Positions 1 to 9,707 are shown, numbered from the stretch's first letter. The stretch: 64,000 nucleotides of DNA from Pirellulaceae bacterium (GCA_044337705.1 JBIINB010000002.1:16920-80919); one strand, 5' to 3'. The notes: generated by a model not told the origin, from the sequence alone. A program made the numbers and translations.

Positions 1-1
1 G

Positions 2-634
2 TCGACTGATTTTGTCCCCGATTTCTCGGTTGCCGGTGGGACCATCATCGCTTCGCCACTGGATCTGATCGACAGCGAAGTGACCGTTCCATCCAAATCC
101 GGGGAGGCGGCTCGGAAACTTACCAGCCCCATTCAGAGCAACGGCCCGGAATTCGCGGAGCAACTGGACCGGCTGGTCGATGATGTCTGGTTTGAGGATG
201 TGGAGTACCGGGAAGGGGTGATCGACACATTGGAGGCACCTTTGGAAGTGTTGCGTGCGTTGCCTGGGGTCAGCGAGGAGGTCCTGACCCGTTGGGTACA
301 GGTCCGCCAACAGAATGGTGCGGCCCGGCGATCCACCCCGGCCTGGTTGGTCCGGGAGCAGGTGCTGGATCTGAAACAACTGCGTGCCTTGTTGCCATGG
401 CTGACCTGCCGAAGCGACACCTATCGCGCCCAGGTGGTCGCGTTCCGAGACGCGATGACGCCGATCTTACGGAGGGTATACTTGCTGGATGGGCGGCGCG
501 ATCCGGCCGTCAGCGTCCCCTCCCAGTGGCTTGGACAATGGGATGGAGGCTGGTCGATCGGCGTTTTGGATCCAGGAGACCGTCCCGTTGCATCCGGCGG
601 AAGCAGTGGGATCGAGCAGAGGGGAGAGCGATAA
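2..634 (+). CDS. GspK-like type II secretion minor pseudopilin, C-terminal part (5' end outside window)
   Basis: The frame is open from base 2, with no stop before the listed GTG at 80. The segments LEVLRALPGVSEEVLTRWVQVRQ (helix-hairpin-helix-like) and LRALLPWLTCRSDTYRAQVVAF resemble the GspK C-terminal domain. L-like and M-like genes follow in the canonical order. Confidence 0.5.
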   Translation, partial: STDFVPDFSVAGGTIIASPLDLIDSEVTVPSKSGEAARKLTSPIQSNGPEFAEQLDRLVDDVWFEDVEYREGVIDTLEAPLEVLRALPGVSEEVLTRWVQVRQQNGAARRSTPAWLVREQVLDLKQLRALLPWLTCRSDTYRAQVVAFRDAMTPILRRVYLLDGRRDPAVSVPSQWLGQWDGGWSIGVLDPGDRPVASGGSSGIEQRGER

Positions 635-637
635 GAG

Positions 638-2269
638 ATGGCTCATTGGATGGAAAGGACGATCCCCAGTTTGTCGATCGGCAAGGCCAAGCCCAAGGGC
701 GCGGTGGTCGCAGACTGGGATCGCAATGAAGTCCGTTTCCTGGCAATCGCCCCCCTGCGAACGGGGCTGGAGATCCTTGCCAGCGCTTCGGCACCACGTA
801 CGGCCGACGATACGCCAATGATCACCCTCGGTAAGTTGCTGGCGGGCTCACGCTTCCTGTCGTACCCACTGGTCTTGCTTTTGTCCCGAACCGATCTGGA
901 AATGATTTCGCTGGTTCTGCCACAGGAGGCCCAGGACCAGTTTCCAGAGATGGTGCAACTGGAGATCGAGCAAAGGTTGGGTGAGCATGAGTCAGCGCCT
1001 GTCGTCGACTACGCGATCGCCGGCAACAACGTCGCCAGCGGCGTTGATGTTCTAGCGTTTTCGATGCTCCCCGAGGAGGTCGAGCGCTGGAATTCAGAAG
1101 CGAAAGGACAGAAGCTTCGGCTTGCAGCGATCGCACCGAGGCATCTGAGTCTACTGGCTAAGCTTCCGGCCGGAGCCATGAATCAAACTCGCGTTGCCAT
1201 TCAAAGTATGCCCAGTGAGGTGGAAATGGTGGTGGCCAGAGGGAGCCAGCCGCTCTTCCTGAGAACGCTGCGGTTGAGTACCGACGATGCCAGCAGTATC
1301 GCCGAGCAGATCCTGTTGGAAGTCCAGAGATGCCTGTCCCTGTTGCCGTCCGAGCATCCAGGAGCGGAAGCAGATGTCCCAGCAATAACGCCTTCTCCCT
1401 CGCCTCCTCTATTTGTCTTTCCTGGAACCGATGCAGGGTCGCTGGCCGAAGCGCTCCGGGAACGAAAGGTCGCCGAGGTCCACTACCTGAGCCCTTCGTC
1501 CCTTTGGCCCTCCGGAAGCGTTTCCAGCGAGATTCGCACAGAGCAATTTGCTTCGCTGCTCGGGGCAGGAGAACAGTTCCTTCAGCAGCAGTTGGCGGTC
1601 AATCTACTGGCCCCCAAGAAACCGCCCAAAGCGATCCATCCCTTGCGAAAGTGGGGACCGATCGGTGGACTCGCAGCGGCATCTCTGGCCCTGGGGGGGT
1701 GGTTTCTATACTCCGATGTCCGTGACTTGAATGCAGAAGCTAGCAGGCTGCAGTCCACCAGAGACGATCAGTGGAGACTGGCCAACAAATCGGCTGAAAG
1801 GATCGACAAACTGGATTTGGTCGATAAGTGGGAAGCGGAGCGAGTCGATTGGCTGAGCCTCGTCGGTTCGCTCTCCAGCACGCTTCCTCCTGGCGATCGC
1901 GCCTCGGTGCGTCGGATGACTGCGAGCGTCTCTACGGGAGGGCCGCAATTGAGCCTCTCGGTCATGGTCAAGAGTCCTGAAGATCTCGCATTGATGGAAG
2001 AAAAGCTGCGAAGCCAGGCGATGGAGGTTTCCAGTCAGAGAGTCAATCAGCAGGCGAGCGAAGAGGATTATCCGTGGCAATTCGAAACCACCATTGTGGC
2101 TCCCTGGGGGGATCCCTCGAACACCGATCGATGGATCGAACCAACCGGTCAGGTATCCCAGCCGAGTGTACCTGATCAGGACAATGCGGCAAAGCTGCAG
2201 AAGGAAGATCCCAAGCCTCCATCGGAGCCGTCCTCGGCTACCATGGAACCGACGGGAGACAATTCATGA
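638..2269 (+). CDS. GspL / PilM-PilN-like bitopic assembly-platform protein
   Basis: The ATG lies 3 nt after the upstream stop. The protein has a roughly 340-aa cytoplasmic part, one TM segment (WGPIGGLAAASLALGGWFLY), a coiled periplasmic part and a Pro/Ser/Asp-rich tail. Topology and position match GspL. No motif-level proof. Confidence 0.45.
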   Translation: MAHWMERTIPSLSIGKAKPKGAVVADWDRNEVRFLAIAPLRTGLEILASASAPRTADDTPMITLGKLLAGSRFLSYPLVLLLSRTDLEMISLVLPQEAQDQFPEMVQLEIEQRLGEHESAPVVDYAIAGNNVASGVDVLAFSMLPEEVERWNSEAKGQKLRLAAIAPRHLSLLAKLPAGAMNQTRVAIQSMPSEVEMVVARGSQPLFLRTLRLSTDDASSIAEQILLEVQRCLSLLPSEHPGAEADVPAITPSPSPPLFVFPGTDAGSLAEALRERKVAEVHYLSPSSLWPSGSVSSEIRTEQFASLLGAGEQFLQQQLAVNLLAPKKPPKAIHPLRKWGPIGGLAAASLALGGWFLYSDVRDLNAEASRLQSTRDDQWRLANKSAERIDKLDLVDKWEAERVDWLSLVGSLSSTLPPGDRASVRRMTASVSTGGPQLSLSVMVKSPEDLALMEEKLRSQAMEVSSQRVNQQASEEDYPWQFETTIVAPWGDPSNTDRWIEPTGQVSQPSVPDQDNAAKLQKEDPKPPSEPSSATMEPTGDNS

Positions 2270-3201
2270 CATCGACAACCAAATGGTTGCTGGCCGGGGC
2301 CGCAGTGGTCTTCGGGCTCTATGGAGTCGATTCAATCTATCGGGGTTGGATCGAGCAGCCGACGATCGTGGCCGGTAAGAAGATCGAGAAGCTTCAGGCG
2401 GAAATAGAAGATGCCGAGGCTTTGCAGCGCAAGGCGCGCAAAGCGGTCCGGCCAATGGAAGTGCTGGAGGGGAGATCGCTGCCAAGTGATCCGGAGTTGG
2501 CCCGGTCCAAATATCGGGAATGGTTGCTGTCGATGATTCAGCAGCATGACTTCCAGGATGCTTCCGTCGATGCAGGCAGTCCTGTCGCGGTGGAAGTCAA
2601 GGCTAGAGTTGGCAAGTCCAAACGGAAGTCGATCGGCTATCGCATCCCGTTCTCGCTTCGCAGCCGCGCGACCCTGGCGCAGTGGACTGCCTGGATGCAG
2701 CAGTTCGAACAAGCGCCTCACCTGCATAAGATCAACTCACTTTCCATCACCCCCTTGGGAAACGGTTCCGAATTGAACCTCCAGATGGAACTGGAGGCGA
2801 TGGCACTGGATAGCGCTACGCAGGAAGAGCAGTTGAGCGACTGGATCCCAGACCCGCAAGTCGCTACAGCGCCGACCGCCGGGCTGGCCATCGTGCAACG
2901 CAATCTCTTTGCGACGGGATTTTCCAAGTCATTGCAGGCGCTGCGACTGAAAGCGATCACCACGGATCGCAAGGGAAGTCTTGAGGCTTGGTTTTCCGGG
3001 AAAGATGGAGCTGCGACGACTCCCTATAAGGCTCCTGCTGAAGTTCCGGTACCACTACACCAATTGCAATTGACGGAAATCGCGTCGGACCATGTTCAAA
3101 TTCAGATTGACGGACAAAGCGTTCGATTGAACTTAGGGCAGTCGATTGCCGATGCACTTTCGATGCGGACCGTAACCAACTCCAAGGAGCCTAATCCATG
3201 A
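2266..3201 (+). CDS. GspM / PilO-like N-terminally anchored protein
   Basis: ATGA overlap with the upstream stop (2266-2269). N-terminal TM segment KWLLAGAAVVFGLYGV followed by a coiled-coil (KIEKLQAEIEDAEALQRKARK). The position after the L-like gene supports the call. Confidence 0.35.
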   Translation: MTSTTKWLLAGAAVVFGLYGVDSIYRGWIEQPTIVAGKKIEKLQAEIEDAEALQRKARKAVRPMEVLEGRSLPSDPELARSKYREWLLSMIQQHDFQDASVDAGSPVAVEVKARVGKSKRKSIGYRIPFSLRSRATLAQWTAWMQQFEQAPHLHKINSLSITPLGNGSELNLQMELEAMALDSATQEEQLSDWIPDPQVATAPTAGLAIVQRNLFATGFSKSLQALRLKAITTDRKGSLEAWFSGKDGAATTPYKAPAEVPVPLHQLQLTEIASDHVQIQIDGQSVRLNLGQSIADALSMRTVTNSKEPNP

Positions 3202-4004
3202 GCCGCCTAACTCGCGCAAGTCGTTCGCTGCTCCTAGCTGCCTGCACCGTGTTACCGTTGTCGGCGATTGCGGCTATGCCGGTTCAGGGGCAGATGTTCG
3301 GGCAGCGGTCGATGGGGCAACCAATGGCGCGACAGAGTCGACCGGGCAGTGGTCAGCTTCCCAACCTGGGACAGGGCATGATGCCGGGCATGGGGGGGGC
3401 GATGCCAAGCCAGGGGGGCGGTGCCCCGCAGGGAATCGTACAAGGGCAGGAGCGATTTCTCAGAGGCAATCGGAACCCCCAGGCCTTCGTCGGCTCCGAT
3501 CGCCGCGATCAGCAGGGTTTTGTCGGAAGCGAGCAGTCGATTGGGACGGGGCGAGTCGCTACGGCAACGGAAGGACTGCGGGTCGAATCGAACCGAGCTC
3601 GCAATAGGCCGCTACCCGCCAAGTTGCAGCGTGGAATCTATCCGCCTCGTCTGGTCGTCGATGAATCGTTCTACACGCCGATAGAAAGTTTGGATTCGGC
3701 GGAGGAGGTGCCAACGCAGCCGATGGACAGTCGCAGCTACGCCGATGATTCCGGAGCTCGCCGTTTCTCAACACCCCGAGCATCGATCAATCGCCAAGTC
3801 CCGGCCGTACGGCGATCGTCCGACTCGCAGTCGCGGTTGCAACGAATCGGGGGCCCCCAGGTCCGCTCGCGACTGGTGGGTAGAACCATGGTTTTAGAAG
3901 GATCGGTCGAAAGCCAGCAGCGCGCCGAACTTCTGGCGGATGTGGCCGCCATGGAACCTGGAGTGGATCGTGTCGAAAACCGACTGCGGATTGGTTCCCA
4001 GTGA
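3198..4004 (+). CDS. Secreted BON-domain protein with a Gly/Met/Gln/Pro-rich low-complexity N-terminal region
   Basis: ATGA overlap at 3198-3201. Signal peptide SLLLAACTVLPLSAIAAMP. The C-terminal segment TMVLEGSVESQQRAELLADVAAMEPGVDRVENRLRI matches the BON-domain pattern. Confidence 0.5.
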   Translation: MSRLTRASRSLLLAACTVLPLSAIAAMPVQGQMFGQRSMGQPMARQSRPGSGQLPNLGQGMMPGMGGAMPSQGGGAPQGIVQGQERFLRGNRNPQAFVGSDRRDQQGFVGSEQSIGTGRVATATEGLRVESNRARNRPLPAKLQRGIYPPRLVVDESFYTPIESLDSAEEVPTQPMDSRSYADDSGARRFSTPRASINRQVPAVRRSSDSQSRLQRIGGPQVRSRLVGRTMVLEGSVESQQRAELLADVAAMEPGVDRVENRLRIGSQ

Positions 4005-4142
4005 GCTCCGGCGTTGATTCCATGTTATGGCGACCAGCACACCTGCTCGTGCTCCTGCTCGAAACCCGCCCTGATGATTACGCAGGCCGCTGAACACGAC
4101 CAACGATACGTTGATCGACTCTCAATCGCCTGTGTAGCTCAG

Positions 4143-4394
4143 CTAGGACGCACTCCCGACCAATTGCTTCGGGTGGCGATAGAAGGTGATCGAGTCGCCT
4201 ATTTGAACGCATACTAGGATGCTGAGATCGATTACGAATACGAGTATCGCTGCGCTGAGCACGAGCCCAAATCGAAGAGCCACCAGTATCATGCCGTGAA
4301 CCGGAGCGGCGAAGTCGTGTGATTTTGAACTAGACAGTCTTTCGTCGCCGGCCGGCGACGGCATGCGTTCGAGTGCTGCGACAGGTATCGTCAC
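4143..4394 (-). CDS. Possible small membrane protein coupled to chrA
   Basis: The GTG start overlaps the chrA stop (GTGA at 4391-4394). One clear hydrophobic segment, MILVALRFGLVLSAAILVFVIDLSILV. No homology recognised. Confidence 0.25.
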   Translation of the reverse strand: MTIPVAALERMPSPAGDERLSSSKSHDFAAPVHGMILVALRFGLVLSAAILVFVIDLSILVCVQIGDSITFYRHPKQLVGSAS

Positions 4395-5656
4395 ATCGGG
4401 ATCAGCAGACCGATCAGGGCGAGCATCGCAAGGAGCACCGGAAGCTTACATCTTTGGCTTTCCAGCAGCGAAAAAGCCGCCAAGACAACCAGCCAATCCG
4501 AGGGATGGTGCATGGCGTGCGAGCCCAGGGGGCGGATGCAGGTGGCTGCCAGCAGGCCGACAACAGCAGCATTGATCCCCAAAGATGCAGAGTGAAACCA
4601 GCGTCGCCCCGACAGACGGCTCCAAAAAGGCAACATACCCGCTGCCAGAAGCAAGCCGGGAAGGAATAACCCCACCAGGCCAATGATCGCTCCAGTGATC
4701 CGCCAAGGTTCCGAAGCGGCATGGGCACCGAGGAAGGCACCGAAGGTGAACATCGGGCCTGGAATAGCCTGCGCGGCTCCATAGCCGGCAAAAAAAGTGG
4801 CGTGGTCGATCCCGCCTGCTGCGGTCCTGCGAGCTTCCAGCAATGGGAGCACAACATGGCCACCGCCGAAGACCAAAGCGCCTGCGACGTAGGTGTCGCG
4901 AAACAGCTGGGTCAATCTTCCAGCGACCGACGCACGCTGGTTGGTTTCCCAGGTTGAGAACAGCAGCAGGATGAGGAAAACCGGTAGGCACAGCCAAGCT
5001 CCCCGGGGAGCACGGATGCTGGCGTCTTCGGACCTAGGCGTCTTGGAGACCGGTAGCCAACCGGCGGCCAGTAGCGCACAGACCAGCAGCGACAGAAGTT
5101 GGATGGCAGGGTATGGCATGGCCAGTTGAGCAATCATGGCGCTGATCGCAAGCGATCTCAGGAAGAGGGTTTTGCAATTGGCTTGGGCCATCGATCTAAA
5201 ACCCGTGAGCACCACGGCCATGGCGAACCATAGAAGGGAGCGTTGGATCTTTTCCCACCACCAAGCGGAGGCTGGAGGCTGCCAGAGGGCAAAGATCGTC
5301 AGCCATGTCGCCGAAGGGAAGGCGAAGCCACTGATGGCGGCGAAACCTCCCAGCCAGCCGCAGCGATGCAATCCGATACAAAATGCCTGTTGCGAACTGC
5401 CCGGACCGGGCAGCGACTGACACATTGCCATCAGTCGCGTATACTGCTCGCTCGACATCCAGTTGCGACGGATCACCAGTTCCCGGTGGAAGATCGCAAG
5501 ATGCGCCATCGGTCCACCAAAGGACCAGCAGCCAAGCCGCAGGAAGATAAGAAACACCTTCGATGCGTTACGGAAAACAGAAGACCCCTGGTGCATAGGG
5601 GGGTCGTTGGGCGAATGCAGTTCAGGGTCGGAACTGATGGTTGGATCCGCTTCCAT
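4391..5656 (-). CDS. chrA: Chromate transporter (CHR family)
   Basis: FLRLGCWSFGGPMAHLAIFHRELVIRRNWMSSEQYTRLMAMCQSLPGPGSSQ is the typical CHR motif, and a second repeated half follows (GALVFGGGHVVLPLL). The start was moved to the ATG at 5656 (MEADPT) because the longer ORF overlaps the upstream gene. Confidence 0.85.
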   Translation of the reverse strand: MEADPTISSDPELHSPNDPPMHQGSSVFRNASKVFLIFLRLGCWSFGGPMAHLAIFHRELVIRRNWMSSEQYTRLMAMCQSLPGPGSSQQAFCIGLHRCGWLGGFAAISGFAFPSATWLTIFALWQPPASAWWWEKIQRSLLWFAMAVVLTGFRSMAQANCKTLFLRSLAISAMIAQLAMPYPAIQLLSLLVCALLAAGWLPVSKTPRSEDASIRAPRGAWLCLPVFLILLLFSTWETNQRASVAGRLTQLFRDTYVAGALVFGGGHVVLPLLEARRTAAGGIDHATFFAGYGAAQAIPGPMFTFGAFLGAHAASEPWRITGAIIGLVGLFLPGLLLAAGMLPFWSRLSGRRWFHSASLGINAAVVGLLAATCIRPLGSHAMHHPSDWLVVLAAFSLLESQRCKLPVLLAMLALIGLLIPM

Positions 5657-5666
5657 CGATCGAATG

Positions 5667-6524
5667 TCAGGCGGCCATGGGACGAGTGGTTTCCGTGACT
5701 TGATGCGCCATCCAGCGGCGGATCGAATCAAACATCGGCTGCCACTCCGTTTCATTCGGGATATCGTGGCGCAGGCCACGCACGCAATGTAGGGTGACCC
5801 AATCGCTGTTGCGAGCAAGATCGCGTGAGGCATCGGGGCTTGCCAGCACATCGCTGCTTCCGTGGATGATAAAGCACGGTTTGCGAATCCGATGGGCATT
5901 TTCCAGTATCCACTCGCCGGAATGAATCAGTTCGGTTCCCAGGCGAACCGAAACGCGGCGATGAACCCAAGGGTCCTTTTGATAGGCTTTGATGGCGGAG
6001 CAATCCTTGGTCAGCGCCTCTAGTTGATTTGGAAGACGCACAGTCCAGTGGGGAATCCAGCGGCTTGCAGTCCGGCCCGCTTGCAAGACTCTTGGCGGAA
6101 TCGACTGTACCGGTCTGAGCATGGGAGCCAGCAGAACCAGGCCGTGGCAAAATCCGGGGCGGCGTAGCATCCAGTTGAGCGCCAGATTGCCCCCCATGCT
6201 GTGACCTAGAACAAATCTTGGCAGATCCTGCATCCCGGGAATGGTCAGAGTCCCTGCGCAGTGGACTTCTTCCACCAGATGCTGAAACGACTTGATGCAC
6301 CCACGCCATCCGAAACTGCGTCCATGACCGATCAGATCGCAGGCGACCACCGCGATGCCATGTCGCGTCAACCATCGCGCAGCGCGGTCAAATCGGGCGC
6401 CGTGGTCTCCGAGTCCATGCAGAATGCTTAGCGTCGCCCAGGGGTCACTCGCTTCCGGAACCCATCGATGCACGAAGCGAATCATGCCACTGCCGATCAA
6501 TTCGTGCCTGGAAACATAAAGCAT
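5667..6524 (-). CDS. Alpha/beta hydrolase (lysophospholipase / monoacylglycerol lipase-like)
   Basis: HGLGDHGARF oxyanion region, GHSMGG nucleophile elbow, and a late HG..D / H catalytic region. Confidence 0.8.
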   Translation of the reverse strand: MLYVSRHELIGSGMIRFVHRWVPEASDPWATLSILHGLGDHGARFDRAARWLTRHGIAVVACDLIGHGRSFGWRGCIKSFQHLVEEVHCAGTLTIPGMQDLPRFVLGHSMGGNLALNWMLRRPGFCHGLVLLAPMLRPVQSIPPRVLQAGRTASRWIPHWTVRLPNQLEALTKDCSAIKAYQKDPWVHRRVSVRLGTELIHSGEWILENAHRIRKPCFIIHGSSDVLASPDASRDLARNSDWVTLHCVRGLRHDIPNETEWQPMFDSIRRWMAHQVTETTRPMAA

Positions 6525-6786
6525 CTCGGACTCCCTTCCGTCGTTCGTCGGCTTCCTGCCGTTCGTGAGACTAGCAGATGGCCGGAAAACGGATCAAGGT
6601 GAGTCGGGTCGAATTGCCTTATCGGTCACTATTGCTGATATATTGAAACGGTGGAATCCAGGTATTCTTGGGGGGCCTCCCAGGATCGCCCCAGGGAAAT
6701 CGCAGGTTCCGATGAAACGACCCGGTGGCAACGATTTCCATCCCATCCCCGTCGGCTTGACGACGTTTTTTCCAAGGAATTCCTTC

Positions 6787-7575
6787 ATGCAATCGCTCGG
6801 CTACTTCCTCCAGGTTCCCGTTGCTTCCCGTTTCACCAGCGGATTGCTTACCTTCCTGCTGTTCTGGCCGATGATGTCCATCGGCTTGGCAGAGGAACCT
6901 GTGTCACCGCCGGCTACCCCGACGGACATGCAGCTGCTTTTTGATGGGAAGACATTGGAGGGTTGGGATGGAGATCCCAGGCTTTGGTCGGTGCGAGACG
7001 GTGTAATCCATGGAGAGACGACGCCCGAAGCGGTCGCTCAGGGCAACACTTTCCTGATCTGGCAGGGTGGCCCCATCAAGGATTTTGATTTGCGTCTTTC
7101 TTTTCGATGCAATGCCACCAACAACTCCGGGATCCAGTACCGATCCCGGCACATTACCGACGGATCGGTGAAGAACCAATGGGTAGTACGCGGCTACCAG
7201 CATGAAGTCCGCAATGAGCAGAAGCTCCCCAATGTCGCTGGATTCATCTACGACGAAGGGGGGGCGCGCGGGCGCCTGTGTCTGGTTGGTGAGCGCGTGG
7301 TATGGCGAGAAGGTAAGAAGAAAGAAGTGTTGGCCAATTGGATGGATGAGTCAGCCTATCGGAAACTGTTCCGGCTGGATGATTGGAATGACGTGGTGAT
7401 TATCGCCAAGGGAAACAGGATTCAGCACTTCCTGAATGGGCAACTAATCGTCGACTTTACGGATGACGATCCCCAGCTTCTGCTGCTGGAAGGAGTCCTC
7501 GCCCTTCAGCTACACGCAGGATCTCCCATGTGGGCTGAGTTCCGAGACGTCCGTTTGAAGAAGCTGCAGCCATGA
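6787..7575 (+). CDS. DUF1080 (3-keto-disaccharide hydrolase-like) domain protein, secreted
   Basis: LFDGKTLEGWDGDPRLWSVRDGVIHGE, NSGIQYRS, LQLHAGSPMWAEFRDVRLKKL. A signal peptide follows the ATG at 6787 (MQSLGYF...). Confidence 0.8.
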   Translation: MQSLGYFLQVPVASRFTSGLLTFLLFWPMMSIGLAEEPVSPPATPTDMQLLFDGKTLEGWDGDPRLWSVRDGVIHGETTPEAVAQGNTFLIWQGGPIKDFDLRLSFRCNATNNSGIQYRSRHITDGSVKNQWVVRGYQHEVRNEQKLPNVAGFIYDEGGARGRLCLVGERVVWREGKKKEVLANWMDESAYRKLFRLDDWNDVVIIAKGNRIQHFLNGQLIVDFTDDDPQLLLLEGVLALQLHAGSPMWAEFRDVRLKKLQP

Positions 7576-7648
7576 TGGTCGATGTTTCCCCAGCGGCTGG
7601 AAAGTTGCAGCAACGACCGACGCACTGCTACGGTTGCCAGGTGAAGTG

Positions 7649-8587
7649 ATGCCACCCCAGTTTGCGGCTGCGGGACAATCCGATGGATCGTCCACCCGGG
7701 ATCTGGTGCTGGTGATTGTCAACCGATCCTCAGGGGCGGCCAACCGAAAGTCCTTGGTCGATGCCCTGGTCGACCGCATCCAGGAGGCTGGATGGGACTG
7801 CCGTATCGTGGCTCAATTGGATCAGTTGGGATCGGTGCTCGATTCAGTTCCCAACTTGAAGTTGCGGGGTGTGGTGGCTGCAGGAGGAGATGGTACTGTC
7901 AATGCGGTGGCCGAGCGACTGCCAGAGGGGGTGCCGTTGCTGGTCTTTCCGATGGGGACCGAAAATCTGCTGGCCAAGTCCCTAGGGTTGCTGGCCTCTC
8001 CCAGGCTGTTGGTCGAGACGTTGCAGCGGGGCAAAACGATGCAGTTGGATGTGGGACTGGCCAACGGCCGTCCCTTTCTCATCGTCGCTTCGGCTGGGTT
8101 CGATGCCGATGTGGTGCGTAGCATCCATCTGTCAAGAAAGGGAAACGTATGGAAGGTGCAGTATGTGGGCGCTCTGTTCCAGAGCCTTTGGGCTTATCGT
8201 TTTCCGCCACTGCGACTGCGGTGGGGGGACGATGCGCTGCCTCATGACAGGCACGACGCGACCGTCGCCTGGTTTTTCGGTTTCCTTATTCCTCGTTATG
8301 CAATGGGGCTCCCCTTGCTGCAGAAGGCCCCGGAGCAGGACGGCAGGATCGATGGATGCTACTTCCCACGGGGTGGCATTCTGAGGGGGCTGGGATATTT
8401 CCTGTCGTTGCTGTTTCGACAGCACCATCGCTGGACCGGCTTCAGGGAGTTTCGTGCTTCGTGGATCGAGATCGAATCGGACCAGCCGGTCGCCTACCAG
8501 ATCGATGGGGAGTATGCGGGAGAACTGCCGTTGCGGCTGGAGATCGCCAGCAGGACAATCGCTCTCCTGGTTCCTTGCGAAGGCTGA
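7649..8587 (+). CDS. Diacylglycerol kinase-family lipid kinase (YegS/BmrU-like)
   Basis: VVAAGGDGTVNAVAERL and PMGTENLLAKSLG motifs of the DAGK catalytic domain. The ATG at 7649 is preferred over the TTG at 7634. Confidence 0.8.
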   Translation: MPPQFAAAGQSDGSSTRDLVLVIVNRSSGAANRKSLVDALVDRIQEAGWDCRIVAQLDQLGSVLDSVPNLKLRGVVAAGGDGTVNAVAERLPEGVPLLVFPMGTENLLAKSLGLLASPRLLVETLQRGKTMQLDVGLANGRPFLIVASAGFDADVVRSIHLSRKGNVWKVQYVGALFQSLWAYRFPPLRLRWGDDALPHDRHDATVAWFFGFLIPRYAMGLPLLQKAPEQDGRIDGCYFPRGGILRGLGYFLSLLFRQHHRWTGFREFRASWIEIESDQPVAYQIDGEYAGELPLRLEIASRTIALLVPCEG

Positions 8588-8812
8588 GTTCATACCAATT
8601 GGCGGTCTGTTGGTCCAGGCCGTCGTCAGAGGATGCCTCAAACTTGTTCCAAAGGTTTCGCATGGGCCACCGCTTGCTTTTCGGGAGCTGCCGCAGATTG
8701 TTGCCGGTTGGAGTGTGTCGGAGAGCCCGGGCGGGTTGGTGAAATCGTTTTCGTGTGGTGAAATGGTCGTCGTGCAACTGCATTCCATCGCCCGGCATCT
8801 GGAGCTGACTTG

Positions 8813-9652
8813 ATGACCCTGTCGATCCCCTCGGTGCAGATCGGTTCGTTGACTTGGAATCCAAAGGAGCGACCGCTGTTGATTGCCGGTCCCTGCGTGA
8901 TGGAGAGTCAGGGATTGACCGAAGAGATAGCCGGCCGCCTGGTGGAGATCAGTCAGTCACGTGGTGTGCCGCTAGTATTCAAAGCGTCGTTCGATAAGGC
9001 CAATCGAACCAGTGGCAGCAGCTATCGTGGACCAGGGATGGAAGATGGCTTGCGGTGGCTGGACCAGATTCGGGCCCGCTGGCAACTGCCTGTTACCACC
9101 GACCTGCACGAACCACAGCAAGCGGCCATCGTCGCTGCGCACGTTGATCTACTGCAGATTCCTGCCTTCTTGGCCAGGCAGACCGATCTGCTGGTTGCTG
9201 CTGCACAGACAGGAAAACCTTTGAACGTGAAGAAAGGGCAGTTCATGGCCCCCGGCGATATGCGTTACGTCGTCGATAAGGTCCAACGGACCGGCGGCGG
9301 AGGGCTGATGCTGTGCGAACGCGGGACTTTCTTCGGCTATGGTCGCCTAGTCAATGACATGCAAGCCATTCCGCTGATGCAGGGGTTGGGAGTGCCGGTC
9401 ATTTTCGATGCTACTCACTCGGTCCAGCAGCCCGGTGGGCTTGGGGGGGCGACCGGGGGAAACCGAGCCATGGTGGAGCCGATGGCGCGAGCTGCGGCGG
9501 CAGCCGGCGCCAATGGCTTTTTCTTTGAAACGCACCCCGACCCGGATCAGTCACCCAGCGACGGCCCGAACATGGTTCCTTTGGCCGATTTCGCTGCGGT
9601 TCTCGATCGCATCGTAGCGATTTGGGAAACCGTTTCACGATTTCCGGCGTAG
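8813..9652 (+). CDS. kdsA: 3-deoxy-8-phosphooctulonate (Kdo-8-P) synthase
   Basis: [54 protein letters not shown]. Length is about 280 aa. Confidence 0.92.
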   Translation: MTLSIPSVQIGSLTWNPKERPLLIAGPCVMESQGLTEEIAGRLVEISQSRGVPLVFKASFDKANRTSGSSYRGPGMEDGLRWLDQIRARWQLPVTTDLHEPQQAAIVAAHVDLLQIPAFLARQTDLLVAAAQTGKPLNVKKGQFMAPGDMRYVVDKVQRTGGGGLMLCERGTFFGYGRLVNDMQAIPLMQGLGVPVIFDATHSVQQPGGLGGATGGNRAMVEPMARAAAAAGANGFFFETHPDPDQSPSDGPNMVPLADFAAVLDRIVAIWETVSRFPA

Positions 9653-9707
9653 AACCTTAAAATAACTACTTCCCCGTTTCTTCGGGGTTCCCCATGGATG
9701 CTCTCTA

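Noticed and set aside
4128-4200. tRNA-like string: gcctgtgtagctcagctaggac, followed by a 5-bp stem (cccga/tcggg).
   Set aside because: The D-stem 3' half does not pair (gctc versus gcac). The would-be anticodon loop is 9 nt rather than 7. There is no GGTTCGAATCC-type T-arm, and the acceptor stem has no complementary 3' end.
5657-5899. 81-codon N-terminal extension of the chrA ORF.
   Set aside because: It overlaps the 3' end of the alpha/beta hydrolase gene. The CHR homology starts after the ATG at 5656, which lies 10 nt downstream of the hydrolase stop.
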